Shown here piece by piece: positions 9,974 through 20,484 of a DNA stretch of 64,000 bases; the first letter of the stretch is position 1; each line of letters begins with the position of its first letter. This DNA is from a virus. The stretch lies in the IMG/VR virus record IMGVR_UViG_3300032268_001296, positions 48,198 to 112,197 of that record. The stretch is one strand, 5' to 3'. The notes beneath the pieces are model-generated. The model did no database searches. It was not told the origin of the DNA and worked only from the letters and a program-made list of their open reading frames with translations. Both the position numbers and the translations under genes were made by a program.

Positions 9974-11626
9974 TTATGCCTCACAAGTTTTGCAAGACAT
10001 GATAGAACGAGCTAATTCTTGAGCTGGATTAGCGCTTCTTTGGTAATACATGCCCTTGATTCCATTTTCCCAAGCAAAAATCATTAATTCATTTACATCT
10101 TTTGGAGATGCATTTGGAGGAATCATGATATTTAAGCTCTGTCCTTGATCAATACTCTTTTGTCTTTGCGCTGCTTGAATAACGATTTCTTTTTGAGAAA
10201 TCTCTCCAAAAGTTTTGAAAACTTCTTTTTCTTGCTCAGTTAAGAAATCAAGATGCTGAACACTTCCACCGTGAACTAGAATAGATTTCCAAATTTCAGT
10301 AGTGTCAAAACCTTTAGAATTTAGAAGCTCTTTCAAGTGTGGGTTTTTGTAAGTGAATTTTCCCTTTGCAAGATCTTTTACAAAGTAGTTGCTGTTTAAT
10401 GGTTCAATCGACGGAGAAACTTGTCCTAAGATAAAAGAACTTGATGTTGTTGGAGCAACAGCCAAAGTCGTAGAATTTCTGCGACCATAACCGTTTAGCA
10501 GAGGAGCTTCGCCGAACAACTTAGAAAGCTCTTCGGAAGCTTTGTCTGCGCGAGTTCTAATGCTTTTCCAAATTGAAGAATTCAGAAGCTTAGCATCCAT
10601 AGATTCAAAGCTAATCATCTTCGATTGAAGGTATGTGTGCCAACCTAAGACACCAACTCCAAGAGCACGCTGATTAATAGCGAAACGTCGTGGAGCTTCC
10701 ATAAACGGCATATCCTGCGTTTTGTTAATAAACTCGGTCATAACCGCGTCCAAGAAGAAAACAAGAGTTTCTACAGCATCTGTCTTTTCAATTTCATCCC
10801 ACTTTTCAAGATTCAGAGAAGACAGGTTACAAACAAAAGATTCATCTTCGGAACTCGAAAGCATGATTTCATTGCAAAGGTTACTTGCATTGATCTTAAG
10901 ATTTTTATCCTTATACACTTGTGGAGCTTGATTGTTAGCATTATCAGAAAAGAACAAATATGGATATCCACTTTCAAATCTCTTCTTAATGACAAGACCC
11001 CAAATCTTTCGAAGATCTTTATCTCCATCAAGCATCTTCTTCATCCATTCATCAGAAACACAAACACCAATAGACATTTCTTGAATTTCATGACCATCAG
11101 AACGAATTTTCAAGAATTCTTCAATATCTGGATGATCAATCGGAAGATAAGCTGCAAAAGATCCTCTGCGAACGTTGCCCTGAGATACAACATTCATAAG
11201 CTTATCGTAAAGCTCCATGAAATGCACAGCTCCAGTTGATTCGCCTCCAGAACTAATTGGCGCTCCTCGTCCACGAAGCTCTCCAAAGTATGCAGAGGTG
11301 CCACCTCCAGCTTTCGTCATCATTGCGACTTCGGAAAGCTTATGCCCAGCAATCTGCTCCAGCTTATCAGAGATATAAGAACCAAAACAGCTAATAGGCA
11401 ATCCTCTTGATCTTCCGAAATTACTCCAAATTGGAGAAGACAAAGAATAAAAACCACGAGACATATAAAATTCGAATTTTTCTGCAAAACCAGAGATGCC
11501 TAGAAGGTTCTCAGCTGTGTTCGCGATTTCTAAAATTCTTTGCTCGGCGGTTTCGCCAGCAAGCAAGTAACCTCTCTCAAGAAACTTTCTTGAGTCTGCA
11601 TTAAGCCAATAGTATTTTTCAGTCAT
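9974..11626 (-). CDS. nrdA: class I ribonucleotide reductase alpha subunit (short, no ATP cone visible)
   Basis: GLPISCF, KAGGG, SQGNVRRG, catalytic ASNLCNEI, RRNSTTLAVAPTTSSS, C-terminal CKTCEA. Confidence 0.95.
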   Translation of the reverse strand: MTEKYYWLNADSRKFLERGYLLAGETAEQRILEIANTAENLLGISGFAEKFEFYMSRGFYSLSSPIWSNFGRSRGLPISCFGSYISDKLEQIAGHKLSEVAMMTKAGGGTSAYFGELRGRGAPISSGGESTGAVHFMELYDKLMNVVSQGNVRRGSFAAYLPIDHPDIEEFLKIRSDGHEIQEMSIGVCVSDEWMKKMLDGDKDLRKIWGLVIKKRFESGYPYLFFSDNANNQAPQVYKDKNLKINASNLCNEIMLSSSEDESFVCNLSSLNLEKWDEIEKTDAVETLVFFLDAVMTEFINKTQDMPFMEAPRRFAINQRALGVGVLGWHTYLQSKMISFESMDAKLLNSSIWKSIRTRADKASEELSKLFGEAPLLNGYGRRNSTTLAVAPTTSSSFILGQVSPSIEPLNSNYFVKDLAKGKFTYKNPHLKELLNSKGFDTTEIWKSILVHGGSVQHLDFLTEQEKEVFKTFGEISQKEIVIQAAQRQKSIDQGQSLNIMIPPNASPKDVNELMIFAWENGIKGMYYQRSANPAQELARSIMSCKTCEA

Positions 11627-11631
11627 ATATT

Positions 11632-12342
11632 TTATTTATTTTTATTCCTTCTCTTTTCCCAAGCCGCTCTCATTTTTTCTTTAGCAGATTCGCTATGTTT
11701 TTTTCCATACATATTATTCGACTCTCCAGAGTTTAAATTTTGTAATTTTTTTCGAGTTTCTTCTGAAATTGAATTTTTTTTATAGTAATCAATCATTATT
11801 TTTCTATGCTGTTCTTTTTTTTCATCACTCCAATACTTAGCATTAAATAATTTAATTTTTTCACGCTGCTCTTCAGAGATCCATGGTTTGCCGCTATTCT
11901 TTCTAGTTTCAATCATTTTTCTATAAGATTCTTTTGATCTATTTTTGAGAGCTTCTTTTTGTTTTTCGATTGTTTCTTTTGATTTTGGTTTTTTCATTTT
12001 GTTTTTTGTAGATTCAGATAGTTTGTATCCGCCCTTATTAACAAAATCTTTTCCGCCGTTATGTAAGTTAAGAAACTTTTCGTTTTCAGCAGCATTGACC
12101 TTCTTAAGAAATCTATTTTCATAAATTAAAGCTTGTTTTCCATTTTCAAAAACTTTAATTTTTAATACTAAGAATGAATTAATTCCATCTTTTTCAATTA
12201 ATTTTTTGACTACTTTAGAGGTTGTTCTATAACCTTCTTGAGTCATTAAGTTACATGGATCTGCTGAAGAATTAATTTTGCAGCCAGCATAATATTTTTG
12301 ACTTGGAATATGTTTTATAATATAAAAATACGGCTGTGTCAT
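11632..12342 (-). CDS. free-standing GIY-YIG (Seg-like) homing endonuclease with NUMOD3-like motifs
   Basis: YFYIIKH..KYYAG variant of GIY-YIG; NNMYGKKHSESAKEKMR and SEETRKK motifs. ATG 12342 chosen because GTGTAA lies 8 nt upstream. Confidence 0.75.
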   Translation of the reverse strand: MTQPYFYIIKHIPSQKYYAGCKINSSADPCNLMTQEGYRTTSKVVKKLIEKDGINSFLVLKIKVFENGKQALIYENRFLKKVNAAENEKFLNLHNGGKDFVNKGGYKLSESTKNKMKKPKSKETIEKQKEALKNRSKESYRKMIETRKNSGKPWISEEQREKIKLFNAKYWSDEKKEQHRKIMIDYYKKNSISEETRKKLQNLNSGESNNMYGKKHSESAKEKMRAAWEKRRNKNK

Positions 12343-12374
12343 AATATGTTTTACACCAAACGACCTGTTGAATA

Positions 12375-13346
12375 TCAAAATAATTCAAGTTCATCAAAAC
12401 ATTGAGATTTTTTAGAATACCCAATATCTTTACTATGAAAGAAGTCGGTCATGTTATTCCCTAAAAGCTCTTCATCGAACCAAGTCGTTAATGATAACAG
12501 ATCTTGATCAATTTCAAAGACTTTTTTAAAGCCAATTTGAGCCATCGATTCATTGATTCTGTTTTTGATGAACTCTTTGAGAATTGGTGCAGACAAAAAC
12601 TCTTCATTCAATCCATTGATCATCCAGTCTACAATCTTGCTTTCAGATTCAAAAGCTTGAACTGCTTCATGAGCGATCTTTGACTCAAGATCAGAATCAA
12701 ATAGTTCTGGATACTCTTCTCTGATAGTATTGATAATTTTGATGCCAACTAGAGCATGGATATTTTCTTCATTGCGAGTGTACTTGACTTGTTGATCAGT
12801 ATCCTTCAATACATTTTTGAAACGAGCAAAATGATTAATAATATAGAACTGACTAAACAAAGAAACGTTTTCAACGAAAAGAGTAAAAAGAATCAAAGCA
12901 TACAAATATTGTTTTTTTGAATCTTTGTAAAATTTGTGAGTATACTTTCTGAGGTATTTAACTCTACCTTGAATCCACTCAAGCTTAAGGTTTTCTTCAA
13001 AAATATCTTCTAAATCTAAAACGTTAAGAAGCCTTTCATATGCATTGTTGTGAATAACCTCCACGTTGGCCATAACGTAGCCTAAATCCTGCATGGATGG
13101 GTGTGGGAGGTTGTCTCCAAGCTTTGCCCAAAAGGTCTTTACGGCGACTTCTATTTGCCCAATTGCCGAAAGGGTTCTCACGATCACTTCTCTTTCTTGA
13201 TCGGTGAGAGAGACCTTAAATTGTTGAACATCAGACTTGAAATTGAACTCCTTGTCAGTCCAAAAGCCATTATGCATTGCCTCTATAAATTGCTCTGTCC
13301 ATGGGTATCTATTTGGCTTTCTTGAAACTTGCTCGGTAAAAATCAT
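12375..13346 (-). CDS. nrdB: class I ribonucleotide reductase beta subunit
   Basis: FWTDKEF, EVIHNNAY, ENVSLFSQF, EENIH, TDFF. Confidence 0.95.
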   Translation of the reverse strand: MIFTEQVSRKPNRYPWTEQFIEAMHNGFWTDKEFNFKSDVQQFKVSLTDQEREVIVRTLSAIGQIEVAVKTFWAKLGDNLPHPSMQDLGYVMANVEVIHNNAYERLLNVLDLEDIFEENLKLEWIQGRVKYLRKYTHKFYKDSKKQYLYALILFTLFVENVSLFSQFYIINHFARFKNVLKDTDQQVKYTRNEENIHALVGIKIINTIREEYPELFDSDLESKIAHEAVQAFESESKIVDWMINGLNEEFLSAPILKEFIKNRINESMAQIGFKKVFEIDQDLLSLTTWFDEELLGNNMTDFFHSKDIGYSKKSQCFDELELF

Positions 13347-13617
13347 AGTAGTATATTTTACACGGTACTTTAGATCCAGCTCTTTTGCAACTGAAAATTT
13401 TTCTTAATTATTTTCTTGACAACTAGAAAAAATATACTACGATTACGTAGTTGCTTTTCGATTAAAAAACAAAGAACTTTTGATGAGCCAAGAACAAACA
13501 ACGATTAATATACTACGAATACGATTAAATTAATTTTAAGTGAAGTTGTTCTATGCGTATTCGGTTTTCCTTTCTAAAGTTATCCAAAATTAATTTAATG
13601 CATGAAAATTTTGATTA

Positions 13618-13646
13618 TTGACAAATTTGAGAACATCTGATATATT
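13618..13646 (+). promoter_or_regulatory. sigma70-type promoter, near-leaderless, for the dut operon
   Basis: TTGACA-17 nt-TATATT, with ATG 13655 only 8 nt downstream. Confidence 0.65.
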
Positions 13647-13654
13647 ACATTGAC

Positions 13655-13936
13655 ATGTCAAAAGAAACCGTATATCAGTCGTACCTCTGCTCTAGCGCAG
13701 ACTGGAATATCGTTATCGACGATGCAGTATCTCATGAAACTGCTGCTTCTTTAGCTTTAGAAAAGCTTTTGGAATCCGATGGCGATAAATTTTCAGTTGG
13801 AGCTGTCATTTCAGTGATTCCAATCAAAAAAGACATAGAGGAAACTCGTCTTATATACTCACCTTCTGTTTTGGCAGATATCGGTATGCATAAATATGCT
13901 GCTGAATTAATTAAACATATTGACAAAGATGATTGA
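13655..13936 (+). CDS. hypothetical protein
   Basis: 93-aa ORF directly after the promoter. Confidence 0.65.
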   Translation: MSKETVYQSYLCSSADWNIVIDDAVSHETAASLALEKLLESDGDKFSVGAVISVIPIKKDIEETRLIYSPSVLADIGMHKYAAELIKHIDKDD

Positions 13937-14444
13937 AAATAATAACTTATCTATTGTTCAGATTAACTCTGAATCTAATGTATTGAAGCCTGCTCATATT
14001 GGTGATGCTGGATACGATGTAATAGCTGCTTCAGATCCAATTATTGTTGGCAAGCGACAACTTGACTATTACTATAGTTCTATTGATTATATAGAATACG
14101 ATACAGATTTAATTATCTCTCCGCAAGAAGGATATCATACTTTTGCTTTCCCAAGGTCTTCAATTTCTAAGACTAACTTAACAATGGCTAATAGTATTGG
14201 TCTTATTGATAACGGGTATAGAGGTACTATTAAGTTTAGATTTAAATATGTGCCTCAGCCAGATAATTATATTATTGGGCATGGCGGTCTACTACTTGAA
14301 GTAGATAAATCTAAGATTTATAAGAAGGGCGATAAGATCGGGCAGCTTGTGTTCGCAAAAACATATACTCCAGATCTTCATCTTGTTTCATCTTTTGAAG
14401 AAACCAATAGAAATTCGGGAGGCTTTGGCAGCACTGGAGCGTGA
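13929..14444 (+). CDS. dut: trimeric dUTPase
   Basis: GDAGYD, FPRSSISK, NSIGLIDNGYRG, GQLV, RNSGGFGSTG. Confidence 0.95.
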   Translation: MIENNNLSIVQINSESNVLKPAHIGDAGYDVIAASDPIIVGKRQLDYYYSSIDYIEYDTDLIISPQEGYHTFAFPRSSISKTNLTMANSIGLIDNGYRGTIKFRFKYVPQPDNYIIGHGGLLLEVDKSKIYKKGDKIGQLVFAKTYTPDLHLVSSFEETNRNSGGFGSTGA

Positions 14445-15028
14445 AAATTATTGGAATTTCTGGTGCCGCAAGAAGCGGCAAAGATACATTTGCTGATTGT
14501 TTGATCGAAGTTTTGAGCAGCATGAACATCGCTTCTCATAAAATGTCTTTCGCAAATCAATTAAAGATCGAAGTAAAAGACTTCTTGCAAAAGACAATCG
14601 GAATTGACTCTTTTACTCAAGATGATGAGGAAAAAAAGATAATCCGACCATTTCTAGTAACATGGGGAACTGAAGTTCGGAGAAAGCAGAATCCAAATAT
14701 CTGGATCGATCATGTTGAATCTCAACTTGATGAAAACAAAGTTAACATTATAACTGATGTTAGGTTTGGTAATGAAATGGATTGGCTTAAAGACAAAGGA
14801 GGATATTCTGTTTTTGTAAGCAGATATCTAGAAAATGGCGCTATGGTTGAACCAGCAAATGAAACAGAATCTGAGAATAACGATATTCTCATAAATCGTT
14901 CTGATTTCCAATTATCTTGGACTACTGTTGAAAATTTAAACTGGCTAACAGCCGTAGCTTATGAAACACTTCATAAGCTTGTTCCAGAAAAAGAATTAGA
15001 ATTATGGACTCAGACTTGTCGCTTATAA
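14441..15028 (+). CDS. deoxynucleoside monophosphate kinase (T4 gp1-like)
   Basis: IIGISGAARSGKDT, SFANQLK, WGTEVRR, IITDVRFGNE. Confidence 0.85.
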   Translation: MKIIGISGAARSGKDTFADCLIEVLSSMNIASHKMSFANQLKIEVKDFLQKTIGIDSFTQDDEEKKIIRPFLVTWGTEVRRKQNPNIWIDHVESQLDENKVNIITDVRFGNEMDWLKDKGGYSVFVSRYLENGAMVEPANETESENNDILINRSDFQLSWTTVENLNWLTAVAYETLHKLVPEKELELWTQTCRL

Positions 15029-15573
15029 TCAAAATAAAAGATAATCAGGACAGTGATAGTCTAAAAGAGTTGATAAATAGGCACTCTGGTATTTATCTTG
15101 ATATGGTTAATAAAACTGTATCTGATAGTTGTAACTTTATTAATAAAGCAGATATAATACTAGATAAAGACTTTTCTATTTATTCTGCCGCTTTAAAATA
15201 TAAAGCAGATAAAAATACAAAATTCCCAACTTATTTGGCAAATGAAACTCGCTGGAAGTGCCTCAATCTATATAATAAGAATAAAAAAATGATTGAAGAG
15301 CCTCTTGATGATTCAATCAAGGAAAAACAAAGCTCAGAGGATTTCTTGTCAGATGTTCAGTCTAAGGAAATCTTGAAAAGAGTTTTAGACATGGCTGAAA
15401 AAAATTCAGATTCAAGAGTGAAAAAGATTATTGACATGAGATACTCTTTCGGATATAATAAAGCTCATTCTTGGAAAGAAATCTCCAAAGAACTTAATAT
15501 GAGTATTCAAGGATGTATTGATATTCATAATAAGTTTATCAACAAAGCAAAAAACGAAATAAAAAATGTATAA
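15004..15573 (+). CDS. phage sigma70-family factor (regions 2 and 4)
   Basis: ELINRHSGIY (region 2.1-like), KFPTYL (2.3-like), C-terminal HTH IIDMRY..SWKEISKELNMS. Confidence 0.75.
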   Translation: MDSDLSLIIKIKDNQDSDSLKELINRHSGIYLDMVNKTVSDSCNFINKADIILDKDFSIYSAALKYKADKNTKFPTYLANETRWKCLNLYNKNKKMIEEPLDDSIKEKQSSEDFLSDVQSKEILKRVLDMAEKNSDSRVKKIIDMRYSFGYNKAHSWKEISKELNMSIQGCIDIHNKFINKAKNEIKNV

Positions 15574-15949
15574 CACAATTATCGCAATCGGTCATCTTGT
15601 TAAAGATCCAGAAACTCGCGTCACGAATACTGGAAAGTCTATTTGCACTTTCCGAATTTGTATCTCTGAAAGTAACGCAAAGAATAAGTGTTTTATTGAT
15701 GTGGAAACTTGGGAGAAGACTGCTGAAGTTTGCCAAAAGTATTTGGTAAAGGGTCGTGAAGCAATGGTGGAAGGAGAACTTTCCATGTCTAGTTGGACTG
15801 GAAAAGATGGAAATGCTCAAAGCAAGATGTTCATCAAGGGAAATAAGGTTAAGTTCCTTGGTGGTGGACAAAAAAGCGATAAGCCTACAACTTCCGCAGC
15901 AGTTGTCGATTCTGAATCAAGCGACACCGACGAAGATATTCCGTTCTAA
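15566..15949 (+). CDS. ssb: single-stranded DNA-binding protein
   Basis: IGHLVKDPE, FIDVETW, YLVKG..VEGEL, acidic tail DEDIPF. Confidence 0.93.
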   Translation: MYNTIIAIGHLVKDPETRVTNTGKSICTFRICISESNAKNKCFIDVETWEKTAEVCQKYLVKGREAMVEGELSMSSWTGKDGNAQSKMFIKGNKVKFLGGGQKSDKPTTSAAVVDSESSDTDEDIPF

Positions 15950-17028
15950 TGAAAAAACTACTTATTGAAGCTCCGTTGAACTCTTTGAGTTTTGGCAACG
16001 TCTCTTATAACATTCTTCGTGAAATCTCGAAGATGGAAATCGACGTTGGGCTTTTCCCAGTTGGGAATCCAGATCTTTCTGCATTTGAACAAGATTCTCT
16101 ATTTAATGATTGGCTTCAAAAGTCGATTAATCAAAGATGGGATATTCTAGCTGATAAGCCAGCTTCTTTTAAGTTGTGGCATCTTAATGGTAGCGAAAAT
16201 CGCAAGTCTCAAAATCAAAGTCTTTTGACTTTTTATGAGTGTAGCGAGCCCACTAAACAAGAAGTATCTGTCTGTAAGTCTCAGGACAGAACTTTCTTTA
16301 GTTCTAATTACGCGAAATCTTTGTTTGAAGATTCTGGCTGCAATAATTGCAGTTTTGTCCCAATGGGATTTGATAGTGATTTCCACGTAAACAACAAAAC
16401 CTATTTAAGTGGAGTTATCCACTTTGGTTTGATGGGAAAATTTGAGAAGAGGAAGCATACTGAGAAAATCATCAAGGCTTGGCTCAAGAAATTTGGCAAT
16501 GATAATAGATATCAGCTTACTTGCTGTGTTACGAACCCATTCTTCAAGCCAGAGCAGATGCAGGCAATTATTGCTTCTGTCTTAGATGGAAAGAGATATA
16601 CAAATATAAACTTCCTTCCATATCTGAAGACAAACAAAGAAGTCAATGAGCTAATGAATGCTATTGATATCGACTTGACTGGTCTTAGTGGCGCAGAAGG
16701 CTGGAATCTTCCAAGCTTTAATGCAACTTGTCTTGGCAAGTGGAGCGTTATTTTGAATGCTACATCTCACAAAGATTGGGCAAATTCACAAAACAGTATC
16801 TTAGTTGAGCCAAGTAGAAAAATTCCAGTTTACGATAACTTCTTCTTTTCTAAAGGATCTGAATACAATCAAGGAGAAATCTTTGATTGGAATGAAGACG
16901 AAGTTATTTCAGCTATGCAAATTGCGGCTGATAAATATGGATCAGTTAACACAGAAGGTTTAAACCTTTCTAAAGAAATGACATATAAGAATACTGCTGA
17001 TAAAATACTCAGCTCCATTTTTGAATAA
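15949..17028 (+). CDS. GT4-like (GT-B) glycosyltransferase
   Basis: GKFEKRK, SGAEGWNLPSFNATCLG (EGWxLP motif). Confidence 0.75.
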   Translation: MKKLLIEAPLNSLSFGNVSYNILREISKMEIDVGLFPVGNPDLSAFEQDSLFNDWLQKSINQRWDILADKPASFKLWHLNGSENRKSQNQSLLTFYECSEPTKQEVSVCKSQDRTFFSSNYAKSLFEDSGCNNCSFVPMGFDSDFHVNNKTYLSGVIHFGLMGKFEKRKHTEKIIKAWLKKFGNDNRYQLTCCVTNPFFKPEQMQAIIASVLDGKRYTNINFLPYLKTNKEVNELMNAIDIDLTGLSGAEGWNLPSFNATCLGKWSVILNATSHKDWANSQNSILVEPSRKIPVYDNFFFSKGSEYNQGEIFDWNEDEVISAMQIAADKYGSVNTEGLNLSKEMTYKNTADKILSSIFE

Positions 17029-17044
17029 TAAAAGGAGGTCTAAC

Positions 17045-17440
17045 TTGCCAATCTACATATATCACAATACGGAAACAGATGAGTATATTGAAATCGTTCA
17101 GTCTATGAACGAAGTTCATGAATACTTTGGTAAAAACGGAGATGAGAATACTTGGAAGCGAGTATTTACTGTTCCGAATGCTTCAATTGATTCTCAAGTA
17201 GACCCCTTTTCATCTAAGCAATTTGTAGATAAAACACAAAACAAAAAAGGCACATATGGAGACCTTCTTGATAGAAGCGCAGAACTGAGCGATAAGAGAG
17301 CGGCTTTAGCTGGAGGTAAAGATCCAGTTAAAGAGAAATACTTCTCTGATTATTCTGCGAAACGTAAGGGAGCAAGGCATCCAGATCAAATGAAATCATT
17401 CGAAAATAATAAAGTCAAAGTTGACTTCGGCAAAAGTTAA
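17045..17440 (+). CDS. hypothetical protein with an FmdB-like N-terminus lacking cysteines
   Basis: Probable TTG start, (M)PIYIYHNTETDEYIEIVQSM. Confidence 0.5.
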   Translation: MPIYIYHNTETDEYIEIVQSMNEVHEYFGKNGDENTWKRVFTVPNASIDSQVDPFSSKQFVDKTQNKKGTYGDLLDRSAELSDKRAALAGGKDPVKEKYFSDYSAKRKGARHPDQMKSFENNKVKVDFGKS

Positions 17441-17730
17441 CTTGCTTGATTTTCTGATTCAAGAAGTTGAACTACTTCAATAATTTTGGCCATTGCTTCA
17501 GAAAATTCTGGAATTTCTTCTATTTTATGCCATAGATTTTCAATACGAAAATGCCTAGGTTGATTCAGCACTTCCTTTTTGCCTGCATTATAAGGTAGCA
17601 CTTCTATAATTGCTCTTCCATCTGATTTTGCATTTGGAGTATCTATAATAACTCTTGATATCCATAGAGAGTCAAAAACTACTTCTTCTGAAGAAGGCAC
17701 TATAACTGGTGATGTATTTTGTATTAACAT
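17437..17730 (-). CDS. hypothetical protein (end of tail operon)
   Basis: 97-aa ORF following the NxFG-repeat gene. Confidence 0.6.
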   Translation of the reverse strand: MLIQNTSPVIVPSSEEVVFDSLWISRVIIDTPNAKSDGRAIIEVLPYNAGKKEVLNQPRHFRIENLWHKIEEIPEFSEAMAKIIEVVQLLESENQAS

Positions 17731-17733
17731 ATA

Positions 17734-18330
17734 TTAGAAAGATTGTAAAAAAGTTCTTCTCCATCCTCCAGCTGTGCCAGTGCATACATATAAACCACTA
17801 CCACTAACTCTCAATTCTCCAAATTGTCCAGCTTGAGATGAAGCTCCACTGAATTGAGGCAATAAGACTTTGATTCCAGAATTAAATGATCCTCCACCGA
17901 AAGTATTAAATCCTTGATCTCCAAAAAAATTTTGAGCCCTTGAGCCAAAATTATTTATTGTATCTCCTCCTTCATTTTGGTCTCCAAAAGCATTTGTTAG
18001 ACAATTTACACCAAAAGTATTTTGTTGAGCATCTTGCCCAAACTCATTATTAAGAGATGAATTTCCAAAATAATTAGTTGCGAAACCTCCAAAATCATTA
18101 GTTGATGCTATAACACCAAAACTATTATTTGATGCTCCATTACCAAAACTTGCAGCAGCTATATTGCTCGCGAATGTCTTAATTCCACTTATAGTTTGTG
18201 CGCCAGTTCTAGTAACAACATTAGCTCCATCCCAATTGACTGCTGCATTATTACCCAATGTTATATTGGTACCACTTTGATTTAATAAATACTGAAAAGT
18301 AGTATTAACTGGATTTGGACCTAAGTTCAT
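17734..18330 (-). CDS. small tail-fibre-like protein with NxFG repeats
   Basis: VTRTGAQTISGIKTF, about ten xxFG (mostly NxFG) repeats, C-terminal GELRVSGSGLYVC..WRR. Confidence 0.6.
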   Translation of the reverse strand: MNLGPNPVNTTFQYLLNQSGTNITLGNNAAVNWDGANVVTRTGAQTISGIKTFASNIAAASFGNGASNNSFGVIASTNDFGGFATNYFGNSSLNNEFGQDAQQNTFGVNCLTNAFGDQNEGGDTINNFGSRAQNFFGDQGFNTFGGGSFNSGIKVLLPQFSGASSQAGQFGELRVSGSGLYVCTGTAGGWRRTFLQSF

Positions 18331-18352
18331 TCTTTTATTTTTACACTTATTA

Positions 18353-19540
18353 TTATATATCGTTCCAATTAACAGTTATGTTTTGCCATAAAAAGTTTAA
18401 ATTATTCCAAGTAATAGCATTTGGAATATTTCTCTTCATGAGAAATCCACCAGTTTCATTAGCTTCAAAAGAGAAATCAGCATTGAATGAAATAGTATTA
18501 TTAACTGTTGAAGAAAAACTTAAATTTTCTAGCTTTGCATTTTCTATTCTATAAAAACCTGTAACTAATCTATCAGAATCTCTAAAAGATACTTCAAAAG
18601 AATAACCGCTTTCACTTGTTAGTATAGATTGAAATTGTCCACTTGATATTCCAGACACTAAGCAAGATATTCCAGCTTTTCCATTAACTGGATATTCTAA
18701 TTTGCGACCATAAACATAATTGCTGCCAAGACCATATAAATCAGTTCTAGATAAATCCAAATTTAAATCAAAACTCTGCAATATTGGATTTCCTACAGCA
18801 TCTAATGTTATACCTCCTACTTGCAGATTGTTTAGTTGAAATGAGCTATTATTAGATACGACTACTGGAGGATTGAATTCGTTTCTTAGTTTTGGATCAT
18901 TGGATATATATCCATCTTTTAAACTATCATATAATCCAGAAAGATCTAAAAATCCAGATCCACTATTGTTTCCAGATATACTGTTAATTGCTGGAATAGA
19001 TATTCTTCCTCCAGTTATATTTTCGAATCTAACATTAGAAGCAGAAAATCCAACATCCACAACTGGCACAGAATTTAAATTAAATGAAACAGAATAACTG
19101 TTTAAGAAGCAATTGCCAAAAGTTAAAGCTTGCATTCCGCTAAAATTAACTGAAGAAGCTGGCTTTTTAAAATCATCAAATCCATCTTTAATATCTTCTG
19201 GATCAACGATTACATATATGTTTTGATCTCTATTTTTAAGATCTCTAACGCATGGCGCATATCCAGATCCGCTAGCATTAAATCCAAACAATATCTCATT
19301 GCTGCAATATGGATTTAAGTAGTAACTTAAACTTACATTCGCTTGTGGCGCTCTAACAATATGATTTACAGCATAAGACTGGCTTCCTACTTGTTTTATC
19401 TTTTGGTGCTCGTTTGAAATAGAAAAATCACACTTTTGAACGAGAGGAAATAATCTTGCAGTATCTCCTGTTGTTTTCCAAGCTGGAAAATCTCCCATTG
19501 CGATAAACGCAGAATTACTTTTTAATACTTGTCGATTCAT
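18353..19540 (-). CDS. tail protein, paralogue of the major tail tube protein
   Basis: Aligns by eye with 33623-34759 (VQKCDFSIS..VSLSYYL vs VQSANYNFS..LDFSYYL; FLNSYSV..SVPVV vs FLSDYTL..SLPTV). Confidence 0.7.
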   Translation of the reverse strand: MNRQVLKSNSAFIAMGDFPAWKTTGDTARLFPLVQKCDFSISNEHQKIKQVGSQSYAVNHIVRAPQANVSLSYYLNPYCSNEILFGFNASGSGYAPCVRDLKNRDQNIYVIVDPEDIKDGFDDFKKPASSVNFSGMQALTFGNCFLNSYSVSFNLNSVPVVDVGFSASNVRFENITGGRISIPAINSISGNNSGSGFLDLSGLYDSLKDGYISNDPKLRNEFNPPVVVSNNSSFQLNNLQVGGITLDAVGNPILQSFDLNLDLSRTDLYGLGSNYVYGRKLEYPVNGKAGISCLVSGISSGQFQSILTSESGYSFEVSFRDSDRLVTGFYRIENAKLENLSFSSTVNNTISFNADFSFEANETGGFLMKRNIPNAITWNNLNFLWQNITVNWNDI

Positions 19541-20484
19541 GTTCCTGTAGGTATTATGCCCAGTGGGTCTTCAATTAGATTGATTTCAATATTATGGGAA
19601 TCTAAGTAGTTCCAAGAATGACTCCAAGATGGAGCGTAAAAAACCTTCGGTCTATTATAAACAGATGGTATCTGATGTAAAAATCTTCTATACCCAGCTT
19701 TATTTTCTAAAAAGTGCATTATAGACTTAGCTTCAATTGTTGGTATATTTGTGAATTTATAAGATAGGTTTACTGGAGCCAAATGTTTTCTAGTTTTGAT
19801 TCTTTGAATAAATGAATTCTTAAATTCTATTTTATCTACTTTAATCTGAACATCATTTTGAAGACCGATATCTGGTTCAAAAAAGAAAGATTGAGTCCAC
19901 TTTGAACTTGATCCAGTTGGACCGTCTATGCTTGGCGAAGACGAAGTGTGATCTCCTGAACAATAATAATAGTTGTTTAATTTGTTGCTGCTTATGCCGC
20001 TATAAATTATATCATACTTTTTATATGATCTTCCTGTTGACCAATGCTGCAAACCAGAGTTTATAAATGTCATTCCAGACCAATTTAATAAAGTCGGAGC
20101 TTGATTAACATCAATTGATATTGCCACTTCATAGTGGTTTTTATTAATGTGATTTACTGCATAATTATCAGTTACTCCACTGATTGGCTTATAAAAAGCT
20201 GAAGCATCAGAGAATCTATATAATTCACATCCAGACTTTGACTCTATAAAATTTACAAGTTTTTGAGAATCAAATTGATTTAAATCAAATCTTAATTCAA
20301 ACTTCGCATCTAGACTATTTATTGATAATGGAATTAAATTATAGTATCCATCTTGAGTTTCATAAACGTTTGCTTTAGAAGAAAACGAAACTCTAGATCC
20401 ATAAACTGGACTATATGTTAATCCAGTAATTCTATTTCCAGAACTAAGTAATATGTTATTACTTCTATCGTAAAATGTACTCAT
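19537..20484 (-). CDS. minor tail protein (lambda gpM-like, duplicated domain)
   Basis: Two similar halves (PVYGS..LVNFIESKSG and PDIG..IMHFLENKAG); downstream of tape measure. Confidence 0.55.
   Translation of the reverse strand: MSTFYDRSNNILLSSGNRITGLTYSPVYGSRVSFSSKANVYETQDGYYNLIPLSINSLDAKFELRFDLNQFDSQKLVNFIESKSGCELYRFSDASAFYKPISGVTDNYAVNHINKNHYEVAISIDVNQAPTLLNWSGMTFINSGLQHWSTGRSYKKYDIIYSGISSNKLNNYYYCSGDHTSSSPSIDGPTGSSSKWTQSFFFEPDIGLQNDVQIKVDKIEFKNSFIQRIKTRKHLAPVNLSYKFTNIPTIEAKSIMHFLENKAGYRRFLHQIPSVYNRPKVFYAPSWSHSWNYLDSHNIEINLIEDPLGIIPTGT

Noticed and set aside
9974-13346. Group I intron or intein in nrdA/nrdB
   Set aside because: Both reading frames are continuous with all expected motifs and no insertion.
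17734-18330. Diversity-generating retroelement target (Asn-rich repeats)
   Set aside because: No reverse transcriptase and no template/variable repeat pair seen in this window.
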